Part shown: piece by piece, positions 45,392 through 61,920 of the stretch
Position numbering within the stretch: the first letter of the stretch is position 1
How the letters are laid out: every line of letters starts with the position of its first letter
Assembly (NCBI RefSeq): GCF_009914755.1
Contig: NC_060931.1
DNA: 64,000 nt
Source: the human T2T-CHM13v2.0 reference genome, Homo sapiens
Reading direction: 5' to 3' (one strand)
Notes under the pieces: model-generated
Databases searched by the model: none
What the model was told of the DNA's origin: nothing
The model's input: only the letters and a program-made list of their open reading frames with translations
Position numbers and translations under genes: made by a program

Positions 45392-47680
45392 TAAATCCAG
45401 GTTTTATTGGCAAGTTTGGCCCTGCCACACTTGGGCCAACGTTTATGGAAACAGAGGAGCATTCAGCAGGAAACCAGAAGATGCTGTGTGCTCGCTGCTG
45501 ATCTATGTTGAGGCAGCCACCCTCCATGCTGAGCAGACAGCTTCTCTTATCTTTCATTTTGTCATCCGGATACTAAATGTGTAATCCTTTTAATATGCAA
45601 GCAGATTATGTAAGATATAATATGGAATTTAAAGGGGTGTAAAGTGCTACAGCATATCAAAAGATGTATCTGAATCCACGTCTACAAAAATTGGAATATG
45701 GATATATTCATATATTCACGTTATATATCAATATATTCATATTCCAATATTTTGTATATCTATCCGTCTTTGAATATCTTGGAATATGGATAGATATAGA
45801 CATATCATTTTATCTGAACTTAGAAGTCCCCTTGACTTCATTTTTTCTTTGGGAAAAAACTTATCTTTCCTAATTTGCTCATTAAACTCGGGTCAGAAAT
45901 ATTCATTTTAGGTTATTGGTTTTCTCGGTCTTGCTATTTAAAAGAGTATTTCTCAACTGCCATCTGGAAAAGGTCACAGAAATATTAATATACTTCTAAA
46001 ACTAGAAGACCAAAAGCCTCAGCTTTCAATATAAGTTAAAGTGTGGTGATGCAAATTGCAGAAAATCAGTGGCCTGTATCTCTTCAAGAATTATTTAATA
46101 ATGAATTTACCAGTAGCAAAATAAAAGGACCTCTCCTGAGTAAGCTTTAAACACAACTGAAATACACACAGGGGAGGAAGAGCCACTGGGCTTTCTGCGA
46201 CTCCGAGGATGACAAGGGAAAGGCCATGTGGTGTTCAGACACCTGGGAGGGCCAGGCAGGGCCCTGAAATGACAGGAACCTCAGCCAAGGAGCTGAGGAA
46301 GCAGGTAGGGAAGGAGGGAGAGCCAGAAAAGGGGATGCACAGCAGAGACTGGGCCAAGGCATGCTCCCCTTACAGCAGCTACCAGGCCCAGCAGGCCAGC
46401 ACCTTCCTCTCATGTTCGCGAGGAGCTGTCTTGAGTAAATGCCCCACAGGAGCACACGTGGATTCCTTTGATCTACACACGGGGGACTTCACAACCTCCC
46501 AAGGATGAGTGGTCGCTGCTCTTTTGGGGCTACTGTGAGCATTTGTGCAGTGAAGTCAGTTCTTGGCTCTGAAAACCAGTGGAACCAAGCAAAGATTCTC
46601 CCCAGATGGAGTACAGGCTCTGTGAAGGCTCATGGGCTGCCCGTGGGTGCATGGCCCAGCCTTTCACTCAGCTTGACAGCCAGATCCTCATGCTGGATGC
46701 CAGGCTATGCCTGGGGAGGGCTCCTGGAGCTCAGGCGTGAACTCCATGGTGCTGCAGAGGTGAGAGCATGGGATATTTCTCCAAACCACTGGGACCTTTA
46801 CAAAACCTTTACCCTCTTCTGCTTAAAAGGTTAGCTTAGCTAAGGCAGGGCAGTGACGTTGTTTTGGTTGTGGTTTGATTCTAGTTCCTTTCAATTCTTC
46901 ATCGTTTGTCCTTCAAGGTTCCTGGAGTCTGGGGCTCCTGAGAGCAAGCCCCAGCCCTCTTCACAGTGACAACACCCCTTCCTTTCTGGCACACCCTGCA
47001 GAGAGGCCACCCTTTTCCCCAGAGGCACCCCTTGTGAGTGAATTGCTCCTGTTCACTTCCTGCCTGAGGGGCAGCATTGAAGGGGGCAGGGAGAGGCAGG
47101 GGGAGGGATGTTTAGCAGGGGTGAGGAGAGGAGCAGCCGTTCTGGGCACGCGGAAATTCCAACTGTGCTGAGACTGACGCTCACGTACCCCCGCCTCTGG
47201 CTGTGGGACAAGAGTATTTGCCTTCTTGGTAGAAATTTTCCCTAATACTTAGTTTTTATTTCCCTAAGTTTCTAACTTTCTACAACTTCAAAGTTCACAT
47301 GGAAATACCATTAAAGCCATAACCTATTCCCTTGGACAGTGGCTGTGTGCTGCACTAGGCCCTACCCGGGAAGCCACGCACCTGGCCTATGTCAGAGTTG
47401 CTGCTCCGGGAGAGGTTAGGACACAGGATCCAGCACTCACACTGATTTGTGGCATGGAATTTATGTCCTCAAAGCCTCCCATTTCTCACTGGGAAGATGT
47501 AGGTTGTTGTGGATGTTGAAGAAGAGAATATGCAGAAGTACCTGGCACGTTAGACGCAATCAATACATATTACCAATCGTGAATATTAAAAATCATTATC
47601 CTCTGAAACACGCCTTGGCACCACTTCTTGGCCTGCAGGTACAGTCCATGAAACAAGTAGCCCTTCCCCACCCTGCCTAG

Positions 47681-48013
<333 letters not shown>

Positions 48014-49297
48014 AACCATGTCCTCTTACTCCAGCCAGCCTGGGCCTCTGGCAATGCTGAGGAGCCAGGGATACTGGGACTCACATGGGCACCAGCACTG
48101 GAGGCTGAGAGCCAGCCTAGAATCCAGAGCTCTCAGATAAACCCCCACATTTATGGTACTTCCGATATTGCCTTACTTAGGTTTTGTCTGTAATATGTTA
48201 TAGCAGTGATCTCATTGTCATGAAAGGACCCTTTTATGTATTATTTTCCCTGTTCCTTCAAGTCTGGTTTTACTCCTCTTGTTGAAAGTCATGTTTTATT
48301 CCTCTTGGTGTGAATGAGGGTAATGTATGTAGCCAGGTACTATTAGGTATTTGCAAATATCTGCAACAAGGATGGATGGATAGATCGATGGATGGATGGA
48401 TGGTTAGTCACCTAGAACTCCAAGCAGTCCCCTTAGCAGAAGATATTTAAACCTAAAATTCACAAGGTGGAAAGTCAGAAATTTCCAATACTTTTTCTTC
48501 TGTGTTTGTACTCCCAATTACTACCTTTTTGTTCCCTGTGTTTTCTCCTTCAGATCATTTTCTTTCACCTATTGCTCTGGTCAGTATCCCTCCTCTTGTC
48601 TGCTGCTTCCCTCTGCTCCCCAACCTCATTGCTTACAATGTGGGTCTGCTGGTAATATTTCATCTAGTTATTCCAACTACACTACAAGGTAGGTATTATT
48701 TCTTACATGTTACAGATGAGGAAACTAGAATTCAGACAGCATGTCCAAGGTTACACACTAGCTCATGGTGGGTTGAGGCATCTGGCAGAGATCTGCCTCC
48801 AACCAGTGTCAGACCACTGATATTCTGATTGCAAATGACTATGAACTATATTTACTCAAGTACCGCTCATTCTAAATATTACTAAAAGAGAGAAACTATT
48901 TCTGTGAAAATACTGCTAATTCCAGTTTTTGGGCCCCATGTCAGATGGAAGTGCAAATGTTTTTCAAAAGAACATCTTATTCTCTGTGCACATTCCCCTT
49001 CAGAATAAATGAACAGTTCTGGGGCTGCTTATCTGGAAATTCAATACATCAACCTGGAATATAAGGAGCCACCATCTTTCTTTCTTTTTTCAAAAACAAG
49101 CTCTCATGTGTGTCTTGTAAAGTCCAAGGCATACAGACTCCCCAGGATGTGCCTCCTAAAGTGCGAGGCATATGAACCCCAGGATGTGTCTCCAAAAGTC
49201 TAAGACACACAGGAGAGCTTGATTTAAAAAAAGAAAAATAAATAAATAAATAAATAGGGAGGGAGAGAGAGGAGAGACAGAGAAAGAAAAGAAAGAC

Positions 49298-49555
<258 letters not shown>

Positions 49556-49924
49556 GAGAGAAGGAAGAAAGGGAAAGGAGAGAAGGAGGGAGGGAAGGAG
49601 GAAGGGAGGGATGGAAGGAGGGAGGGAGGGAGGGAAAGAGGGAGGAAGGAAGGTTACTTCCCCAGGAGCATGTGATGTTTTCTTGTTGCAGAGATAAATC
49701 CCATAGGCGAGGCAAGGTCCAAGGAGAAGAAGGTATTACCTAAGAAACTCCGAGAGAAGAATGGAGGCTCCTGCTTCACGGAAGAACAGGCCACTTCCTG
49801 GGGTCAGTGACTTCAGCAAAGCCCTGAAGAATATCAAGAGTTCTATGAGGGGGAGGAGTAAGGAGAACATTCCTGGCTCCACTTGAGAGACTCGAACTGA
49901 TGACTCCCTCCATCATGTGGGAAG

Positions 49925-50415
49925 ATCTCAAACATTTTGATTTTAGGAATTCTTAACACCCTTTAAACTTATTAAGGTTCCCAAGGACTTTTGATCATAT
50001 GGGTTACATTATTGATATTTACTGTATTATAAATTAAAATTGAGAAATTTCAGAATCTGGATCAATTCATTTTGAAACCATAATAATAATAACATAATTT
50101 TATGTTAACACAAATAATTACTTTTTAAATAAAATAACTATATTTCCCAAAACAAAAAAAATTAATAAGAGTGTCATTGCATATTTTTGCAAATCTTTTT
50201 AATGTCTGACTTAACAGAAGAGAGCCAGATTCTCATGCCTGCTTCTGCATTCCAAATCTGTGGCAACAGGTGTTTTGGGTTGAAGAATATGAAGAAAGTT
50301 AAGCTTCACACAGATAACTAGTAAGGAGAGGAGTATTTTAATATTTTTTTGGATATTACAGATACTATTCCTTGATTCTATACCAAAAATTGACAAGAGG
50401 TAGTTTTTGCAAAAT
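49925..50415. mobile_element. hAT-Charlie (Charlie1-like) DNA transposon remnant
   Basis: gatatttactgtattataaattaaaattgag and tttttgcaaatctttttaatgtctgacttaa resemble recalled Charlie1 consensus. Confidence 0.55.
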
Positions 50416-51597
50416 TATTTGCCGTGTGCTATTGGAAACTGTGTTCTGTTGAAAATTGATTGGCCCATTGCTTTGTGGTGGTTTTGTGATGCACCATCTT
50501 GGCCAGGTTGAACTCCATTCCCCAGAAGTTCCATTCTAGCATGTTTTTGGTAAGAGTGGGCTATAAGGGAGATTTTCTCAGGAAGGGAGTTAGAAGGTGG
50601 GAGAGAAGCAATGGCCATTTTGTATCTTGCACACATTTTCCCCAGCTGTTTGTCAAATGCTGGGAACAGAGGCCCCCCTTCAGGAGTCTCCTCAGTTTCT
50701 CTGCCTCCTGGGCCAGGTGTGCGTTGCTCCCTGAGGAAGGACCCCAGTTTTCACCACACGCCCTTGTCAATAAGATCAGTGGCAACAAGAGCAGACACAA
50801 GCTTCCGTCTGTCCAGCTCAGCACTGTGGTTCCAGGCTGCTGGTGATCTTCCTGCCTGACAGCCTGCCAGTGGGCTTCCGGCTCCAGCCTCAGAATCAGG
50901 GCAGCCTGGTAATAGGCTGCTTAGCCAGCCCACTCTGTACTAAGATCATTTTAAAAATTACCTATGTGTGTGTATACACATATACATACATACACATACA
51001 CATATAACATAGGTACCTTACTGGTTCTGCTTCTCTAGTCAAACACTTCAACCAAATACACACTTCCAATGGACTTTTTTCCTATCTGTGATTTGACCTC
51101 ACAGATATCTGAAAGGTACAGGGTATCCCAAGTTTTCTCAAATAATTCTTTGAGAACTGCAGGTACAGGGAAAATAGGAGGCAGGCTAGGGCCAGATCTT
51201 AAAGGATCCTTGAATGCCAATATGCGAACTTTGGACTCTTCCCTGTAAATAACAATCAAGTAAAGATTTATAAAGATTTCTGAGTGTTTTAAGATGAGTT
51301 TGAATCAACTACAGGAAGTTTTGAATAGGAGAGAAACGAAACACAGGAAAATAACATTCACGTGCAACTTGCCCTACTAAGGTGTGTTCAGTTGCTTCTA
51401 TCTGCTGGTGATCCACAAATAAATCTTGATACCCCAACCAGGGATCCAGACCTGTAGTCAGGAACCCTGCATATAGATATTAAAAAATATGTCTACTAAT
51501 TTTTTAAATCTTCTTTTCTCCATTCCTAACTCTCATTTTCCTCTAATTTAGACCCTCAATGTTTTATGCCTGATATTTTGTAATAGCCTTTCAGTGG

Positions 51598-51758
51598 GGT
51601 CTCTCTCTCTCTCTCTCTCCTTCTCCTCCTTTTTCTCCTCCTCTTCTCCTCCTCTCCTCTTCCTCCTCCTTCTTCCTCTTCTTCTTCTTCTTTTTCTTCT
51701 TCTTTTCTCTCTCACTCTCTCTCTCTCTCTCTCCCCCTCCCTTTCTCCCTCTTTCTCT
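51598..51758. repeat. Polypyrimidine (CT)n/(CTT)n/(CCT)n tract, ~160 bp
   Basis: Directly visible. Confidence 0.95.
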
Positions 51759-53595
51759 TATTCTGGGGAACATGGATTCTCATTCAAATCCATCTTCCTC
51801 AGTATTGGTATATAATGGGTCTAAAATATGAATTTGTTTATTTAATTCTGTGCTTAAAAAAATACTTTAATGGCTCCCATTTCCTTTACAACAAATCTCT
51901 AGCCCATTCAGGACACAGCGGTCTCTCAGAACATGGTCACATGGTCCCCATCTCCTCTCTTTCCAGGCTACCTTCTGCCGGCCACCATCCCATCCCATCC
52001 CACCCCTTTGCTGCCATGGCAGCTGCCAGGAATTGTGTCACACCTCTTTATAGGTTCTCTCGCCTTTGCCTAGAATGTCTGCCTTTCCCCACCAACTTTC
52101 TCACCCTAAACTTAAAGACCCCATGGTAATATCCTATGCTTTGTGAAGTCCTCCTAACCCACTGGGGGTATTAATGACTCCTTCCTTATCATTTTCATTG
52201 CACCTTAGGCACATATCTATCTATTAATGGATTTTTTTCATATTTTACCTGTTGGTCCTGAACAGCTGGAAACTATGTCCTCTAGGGGTAGAAAAAATGC
52301 CTGGCATATATTCAGAAACTCAACTGAAGTTGGAAGAAGGAAATTGAAGTTCACATGTATGAGACAAAGAAAGTTGTATCTATTTACACCTCTACGATCT
52401 TGTCTCATATGATTCTTAAAATGCTGAGGATGAATTGAAAAAATTCCAAACTCACTGACTTAAATCTTTCACTACTTTAGGAAACATTTACTAAATGCGT
52501 CTTATGTCTCAGGAAAACATGCACTACATTCTAGCTACAAATGGAAGTGAGTCGTTGGCACACAGCATGGCTAAAAAGAATTCTACACGATGGTCACTTG
52601 TGCAGACACCTGGAGAAGATTTTGTATGGAATGAGCACTGTTGTGTGCTGATTTGTGGGAGAAGCTTGCGTGTTGATAGGGATGCTTGCCAGGAGACAGT
52701 CACAGTGGGGGTGTTGTGAAACCCCTCAGGCAGTGGGCTGCAGCTGAGGCATAGTGGAGAATAAAATAAAGGAAGTTTCCTTTCTGAATCTAACAGAGCT
52801 GGCCAGGTAGGAGGAAGCTGTTCAGTATACAAAGCCTTTGCCCTCTGATGCTGTCCACGGATGGCAAAATCCCATGTTATTCCAGCTCTATCCTTCGAGA
52901 ATTTCCACTGTCACTGAGGGCCCCTTACTCGCATCCGTGTCTTTGTTCAGGAAGGAGAATGCACCGTGGAGCCTTCTCAAATTTTTTCAATATGAAGCTG
53001 GTTTTTTGCTATTTTAATTCAAAAAAAGTGTTTTCATCTGTTTATTAACTAAAAGCCTACTCCCTTGATTTTACATAAAATAAGGGTGAGGTCTCCTCTT
53101 AACATCCTAGATGGCTCCCGAGTTCATTTTGGAGCATAGTTTGTACTTTCCTGCTATTAACTTTCCTATAGAATAATTAAATACTTTGTATGGACTGCCA
53201 CCATGTCAAAACATTGTTTAGCCAATTAAATAATTAAAACTTAGTCTGTAATTACTTAGGCAAAAGCACCTGATATGATAGCATGCATTTTATAACAGTC
53301 TGAGAAATCACTAAATCCTGTCAACTGGCCTGTAAGGAATTACAGGAGTAGAAATTATGTAGCAAAGATGGCCCAGGACAGCAAGTTCTGCCTTCGGCCA
53401 GCTCCAGCAAGTCACATGGTATCTCTGGGCCTCAGGTGACCCCTCTGTGAATTGAAGTTGTCGCTTTCTAAATTATCTTTCATCCCCATCTTTAGGATAT
53501 TGTGACTAACAAGAATATCCCTGACTAAATTTGCCAACCCTGAAGCACCTATAAGGATTGTGTAGATTACTTCAGGTGCTTGTTGAAATTACAGG

Positions 53596-54255
<660 letters not shown>

Positions 54256-55472
54256 TAGATAAATGTCATGATGACTTTGATGTATATGTCATCTTTCTGG
54301 TTATTCATTTCAGAGCCACAGAGGAGGAACTCACATGCAAAGCCCTGAGTGCAAAGCTGGACCATGAAGTTTCACTCACCTTGAACTTTAATTCACACAT
54401 TCTTAGGATGTAGGTCACAACCTTAAGGATCGTAGATGCCTAAGCCCCATCCAATAACATCACTGAGAGGTTAGGGATTTGGGTGGCTTGGAGAACACAA
54501 GGGCATTCAGCCAGCTTTAGCCTGTGCTATACCCAAGTTATTCTCAAGAATCAATGGCCCAGACCTGGAGGCCAGGGAGGCCAAGGCAGTCCAGCCAGAG
54601 TCTGCTTATCTGGTAGATTTCACTGTACCCAGTGACTCCAGGTCTACCTTCCCATGGTGCAGGGACCAGATCTCTCATCTCTGGTGCTTCCTTCACCATT
54701 TTGCTCAGGAACACAGGGCTTTCATGCAAATGGGCCTCCTAGAAACTTGCTCACAGATAACACAGGGTTTATTAAAGGTAATAAACAAACACTTCACCTG
54801 TTCTAATGTGTTTCTTCTTTCCAGCTCTTGACTCTCAGCACTCTTCCTGTCTATGGTCCCACTCCTGCACCTTAGGCTGTCCATTTGCATTAATTCTCTT
54901 TAGTTTCAGAGACTTTCATGTGAATTTATTGGGCCTGGTCACTCATTTCACACCTCCTGGGAGACAGTATCTCCCTCATGTCCCGATCCCACAATGGTGA
55001 TGGGAGTGTTTAACACAGAAAAACAGTGGTTTCCCCAGATTTCCCATTGCAACGACAATGTTTCAAAAAGCTTTCTCCCACCATTGTCACTAGCTCCTCT
55101 CTCCTGACTTTGCAGTACTGTCAATTAAGGAGTAAGATTCTGCCCTAAATGCAAACATTCAAGCATAGCACACTCTGGTGCAAACCCAAGGCATGCATTT
55201 CTCTTCGCTTCTATAGAAATTTGTACTCAAAGTTTACAAATATTTGTTGAGTTGGGTGCCATTTGATACAAATATGGTATGATAAGATTTCTTTTGTCCC
55301 TCATAGTGTCATCTTTACTCTTCCTTGCTCTTTCAAGGGAAAGTAAGTTTCATAAATTTTTTTAAAAAGACCAAAATTTGTTAGCATAAAACTTGTACTA
55401 TTATATAAGAGTATTAGGGCCTTTAACTTTTATCATATGCTAAAATTACTTCAACATGGATCAAAAACCTAA

Positions 55473-55798
<326 letters not shown>

Positions 55799-56232
55799 CA
55801 GAAAACTCTTACAAGAAAACACAGGAGAAAAGCTTCATAATGTTGGATTTTTCAATGACTTCTTGGATATGACACCAAAAAATAGGTAAAAAAATAAAAT
55901 AATTAAGTTGGATAACATCAATATTAAAAACTTCCATGCATCAGGGAATACTATCAACAGAGTGAAAAGGCAACTATCAGAATGGAGAAAATACTTGCAA
56001 ATTATATATCTGATAAGAGACTATTATCCAAAATATATAAATTACCTTTTAACTCAGCAATAACAAATAACTCAATTAAAAACTGGGCTTGAATAAATAT
56101 TTTTCTAAAAAAGATACACAAATGATCAACAAGCATATGAAAACTGATCAACTAATCATTAGGAAAATACAAATGAAAACTAAAATGTGATGTCACTACA
56201 CACCTATTAGGATGGCTACTATTAAAAACAAC

Positions 56233-56630
<398 letters not shown>

Positions 56631-59600
56631 TCAAAAAACTAAATATATAATCCAATAATTCCACTTCTGGGTATATATCCAAAAGAATTGAAAGCAGGGT
56701 CTTAAAGAAATACTTGTACACCCACATTCATAGCAGTGTTATTCGCAATAGCCAAAAGGCAGAAGCAAGCCAAGTGTCTACTGATGAATGGATGGATGGA
56801 TGGACAGATGGATGGATGGATGCATGCATGAACAACATGTGGTCTATACATACAATGGAATATCATTCAGCCTTAAAATGAAGGAAATTCTGACACATGC
56901 TACAACATGGATGAAACTTGTAGGCATGGTGCTAAATGAAATAAGGCAGTCACAAAAGGACAAATAGAGGATGATTCCCCTTATATGAGGTATCTAGAGA
57001 AGTCATATTCATAGACAGAAAAAAGAACGGTGGTTTCCTAGGGCTGGTGGTTGGAGAGAGGAATGCGGAATTAGTGTTTAATGAGTTTCACTTTAGGAGA
57101 ATGAAAAAGTTCTGGGGATGGATGGTGGTGATGGTTGCACAACAGGTATTTAACACTATTTAAATATACCCTTAAAAGTGATTAGGATGATAGATTTTAT
57201 GTCATGAGTATTTTACCATAGTTGTAAACAAAACTTATGTTATGAGAAATGACCAATATTGACAACAGGGAGGAATAAGGGAAGAGACCAGAAAGGAATC
57301 AGCAGACCATCAGAGTTCCAGGGTTTAGAGGGAAAGGCGGCTTGCTCAATCAAATAGGTAATTACTTATTTGCACCATCGTTTGGACACATTTTATATTC
57401 ATCGTCACTTAGGAGTAAGATTATTTTCTATTGGCTACCAGTTATATCAGGAAAGGTTTCCAGACCATTGATGAGAATGAAAAATATGTCCTGCGCTTTC
57501 AAATAACTAACTCCCTGGAGCAACAAACACATATCCAATTAGCTGACAGTGCTTTTATGGAAATATAAACAAAATTTAATGAAAGCAGTTTATTTTCCCC
57601 GAGCACATTAGAAAAGCCATCTCGGAGTACTTTGCGTTAAGAATGCTCAGGGTCTTTCTGATAAAGAAAGGGAGCAAGCGTGCCAACCACATGCCCAATG
57701 TGAGCAATGACACAGACCCAGTTGGGCCCGGTGCTCTGCTGAGAGAGCAGGCAGGGAGAGAAGGAACTCATGCTGAACCTGCGACAAGCCCATGAAGAGC
57801 TCTGAACACCATCATGAGGACTGAGATGATAGGTTGTCTCTAATAACCATCTGAGCTGGCCTCTGCCTGGTGCTGCTACTTTCAATGGTGCTGCTACTTC
57901 TCCCAAAGAAGCCTGCCTTTGCTCCTGGGATTGCCTTAGGAAATGCCATGCATGCCCAAGGCAAAATTGTCATTGGAAAACTACCTCACATATACTTCAC
58001 GCTGAGGCATGAGTTAAGCTGAAGGCTTTTATGTCAGCAAGCTAGTAGTCTGAGTGTGCACAGTTCACCTAAAGCTAGTTTGCTTTCATTAGTACCAGAG
58101 ATGCAAGAAAGCCATACACCAGATTATCTATAGCATTCAAATGGAGGTAAACCAAGGCTTACAAATAAAAATTCATTGCCCCTAGTTTTCACTCATGACT
58201 AGAAAAATTCCAATTGTGCCTTCATAGTTTTTATTCAATAATCATTTTAAAGCATCTACTATCTGCTGGCATTTGTACTGGGTGCTGAGAATACAATGGG
58301 AAACAAAACACATTCCTGGCACTCATAGGGCTCACAGAGAATGGGCAAGATGGAAACACACAGCTGATGGTGAAGCCGGGTGAAGGCTGCCATCCTGCAG
58401 TCCAGTTAGTATGTATGTGCCGGCACCTCAACAAGCCCGGAGCTCTCTTATGCTCCAGTAAACCTGACAGGTCATGCTGTCATTAACGATCCCATTTTCC
58501 AGATCAGGAAAACTGAGACCTAGAGGGGAAGACCACTGCAGAGCAGGGATTGACCAGCCATCTCAGTCACTTGCAAGGAGGAGAGAGTCCTTGGAAAGGA
58601 ATAGCCCCCCAAAAAAAGGCATGACCAGGACTAGCAGAAAGCACTTCTGGGACAGCAGGGAAGGGACTCGGGACATGGCCAGATGGTAGCTGCTCCTGGG
58701 CCTTGAATGCCAACTCGGGCATTTTTCTTTATTAATTTATGCCCTGAGCTCAGGCAGCTTTCCTCATGATTCCATGGGCGTTTTGTTTTTTCTTTGCCTT
58801 AGAGTTAATTAAACCGATGCGCTGGCCCTGATAGCCATGCAATTATATTCCCTAAGTGCTTTCACACACGGCTGGGTTTAACAACAGCAGATGAACAGTT
58901 TGGTTATCCATGGTGCAGTCGGTGAGAGTCCAGCACAGAATTGAAAGATATCTCTGGTCGAATTAGCTTCTGAGGAATCTAGACCAGAGAACTCAGAGGC
59001 GGGTGGCAGCGTGACCCCAAAGGCACTTGGCTGTGCAACTGGCTTTGCCAGAACCCTGGGGAATTCCACCTGGAACCCTCCAAGACCCCAAAGGCAAAGA
59101 AAAAGCACACATAGACCCCTGTGCATTACCATTTTTTCAAACGTTCCAGGAAATAAATCCTGTCACCTTTACCAAGTTCCTTATCCATCCAGACACTTCC
59201 GTTAAAAATGCGTTTTTGTGTTTAATAAATTGCTTCTACTTGGCGGAAAATCATTTCTCACTGTTATCTCTGTGATCGGTTACTTCTGCCCTTCTTTAAT
59301 GGACTTCACCTGATTATACGGCTAGTCATTAAAAGCTTAGTCCCCAGTACAATGGTATCTTCTGTAGAGTGATCCATGAGAGCTTTATAGAGGCTTACCA
59401 GCCACAGCCTTAATTTTACTCATTCGTCTTAATTTTTTGTAATCATTTTTTGTAAAGAGGGTATAATGTCAGGCTTGCTTCCCTGCCTCTGACAGATCCA
59501 ATCTAGCAGATAATTACCATAAGGAAATTGATGCTTTAGTGTGCAGGAGAGAATTTAATTTACTCAGACATCCTACAGTACAATGCATTCCAGAAGATAT

Positions 59601-61109
59601 GAGGATTTAAGTTTTTAAGAAATTAAATTTTACTATTTAACATGATTACTTATGTTGAACATCATTAACTAGCTTTTTTAACTGTTTGAAATAATTACAA
59701 GCACACTTGCTGTGTCTAAAATCCAGAGCCTGCATTAAATATGGGTTAAGGATCCATGAAATGAAAAGAAAACCTGCACTCTTTTTTTTTCTCTCCAGTC
59801 TTCCAAAAATTGCTCTTTGAAACCTATGGAGAAGTACTAAGAAAATGCTCTCTTTGAAAGATATAGATTCTTTTCTGCATGATGTTCTAATGCATACTTT
59901 AATATAAGTATTACATTCATTGGTCCAGCCTGTTTTTGTTTTGTTTTGTTTTTTGTTTTATTTTGCTTTGTTTTATTTCAATTTGTCTGGCTTTGGACAA
60001 TGTTATTGGTATAAAGGGTTAGAATAAGCAGGAACGCATTTTGGAGTGGAGGGGTGGTGGTCATTCTGTTGCACTTTGCAAAAAGACATGGGTGTGCTTG
60101 AAGAAATAAGCCACTTCCAGTATTTCCTGTCTTTTTCTTCTTTTAAACCTGGAGGGGGGAGAAAAAGACAAATGCCAAGTGCATTCCAATTGCATGCTCA
60201 GGACCACCAGAAAGTTGAGAAACTAAGACAGGATGTAAAATTGGCTCCATTTCTTAGAAGAAAGGCCAAATCTCAAGTCTCCTTGGCCTTAGCATGAAGC
60301 AGCATGTCCCAGGAGGCCCTGAGAGCCAGACATGGGTGTTGAATTTCTTTTCATTGCGTTCTAAACCTTTGTTAACTGGATTCCCAAGAGTTCCTCAATC
60401 CTTTCCTAAACGTGAAGTGAAACACTCAACAGGAAATTTCTGGACAAAGCCAGCCCAGAAGTTCCCTTTATCCAGCACTTCTCCCTGGTCACATTTCCTC
60501 TCAGGAGAAGCCATCACTGTCCTGCACCCGCTGCAGACCCTGTGACCGTTTGGGTAAGAGCCGGGGGATTGCCCAAGGGTCCCACTTTAAAATTCCCCTG
60601 TCCCCTCAGGGAGGAAGCTGCTGAGTCTGCGGTGGTCCTGGTTTGAAGGGGCTCCTGGAATACCACGCAGCAGGGTCTCTCCTGCGCTTCACCCTCAGAG
60701 TGTCTGTGAGGATGGCCATTTGGGTTTCTGATGCATTGGATCCTGGCAAAATTATGACATTTGATCAAGGACCATTGACGTGCCTGAGTCAGAGGACCAT
60801 TCCATACACTGGGAACACAAATGCCAAGGATTTTTAAAACTGTAATTATTAAGGCATGGCACATTCTGTCCTTACTGAACAATCACCTCTCCCTGGTAAC
60901 TGCTTAATTATTTGAAACCTTAAATATAATTTGCTTTGGGAATATACTTGGAGTTGTATTTATTTTTAAGTGGTGAGGGGGTAAAAAAGGAAGTGAAATA
61001 CAGGATAAAATTGTAACCAGGTAGCCTGTGTCTGGAACAGGTGATAAGCATTGAACAGAGGTTTTGTGCCAGATGCTGTTTACTGATGTTATCTATTTGT
61101 CTCTTACAA

Positions 61110-61360
61110 CTAATAATAATAGCTAATAGTTTCAGAGACCTTGCTGTGTTCTAGGCATGATTCTAAGCATCTCACATATATAACTCACTTGACACACACA
61201 CACACACACACACAGACACAGTACTATTACACATCATTTTAAATTTAGAGAAACCAAACTATGGAGAGATTGAATAATATGTCCAGGGTCTCACAGCTAG
61301 CAGGTGGTTGAGCTGGGAGTTGAACCCAAGACAGTTGATACCAACGTCCTTGTTCTTATT
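61110..61360 (-). mobile_element. MIR with internal (CA)n
   Basis: aataatagctaa..., aggtctcacagctagcaggtgg, gagttgaaccca-like motifs. Confidence 0.65.
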
Positions 61361-61620
61361 TACTAGTCCATGCTGAAGTGAGAGCTAGGTCCTCCTCCAG
61401 GCCCAAATTCATCTCCACTGTACCAAAGCCAATGTTGGCAATTGGTATTGCTTCATTTAGTTACTATTATAATCACGATTCTAGGATTTATTCAGTCATT
61501 CCAACAGTAGGCCAGTTGTTCATTCACAAACATTTGCTGCCACCGGCCACTTACAGAGGCTATGCTAGGCACTGAGGGTGCTAGCGCCATTAGGAATGCC
61601 AGATAAAAATAATTGTCAAG

Positions 61621-61920
<300 letters not shown>

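Noticed and set aside
51591-51815. E/K/R-rich and S/L/F-rich ORFs
   Set aside because: Low-complexity pyrimidine tract
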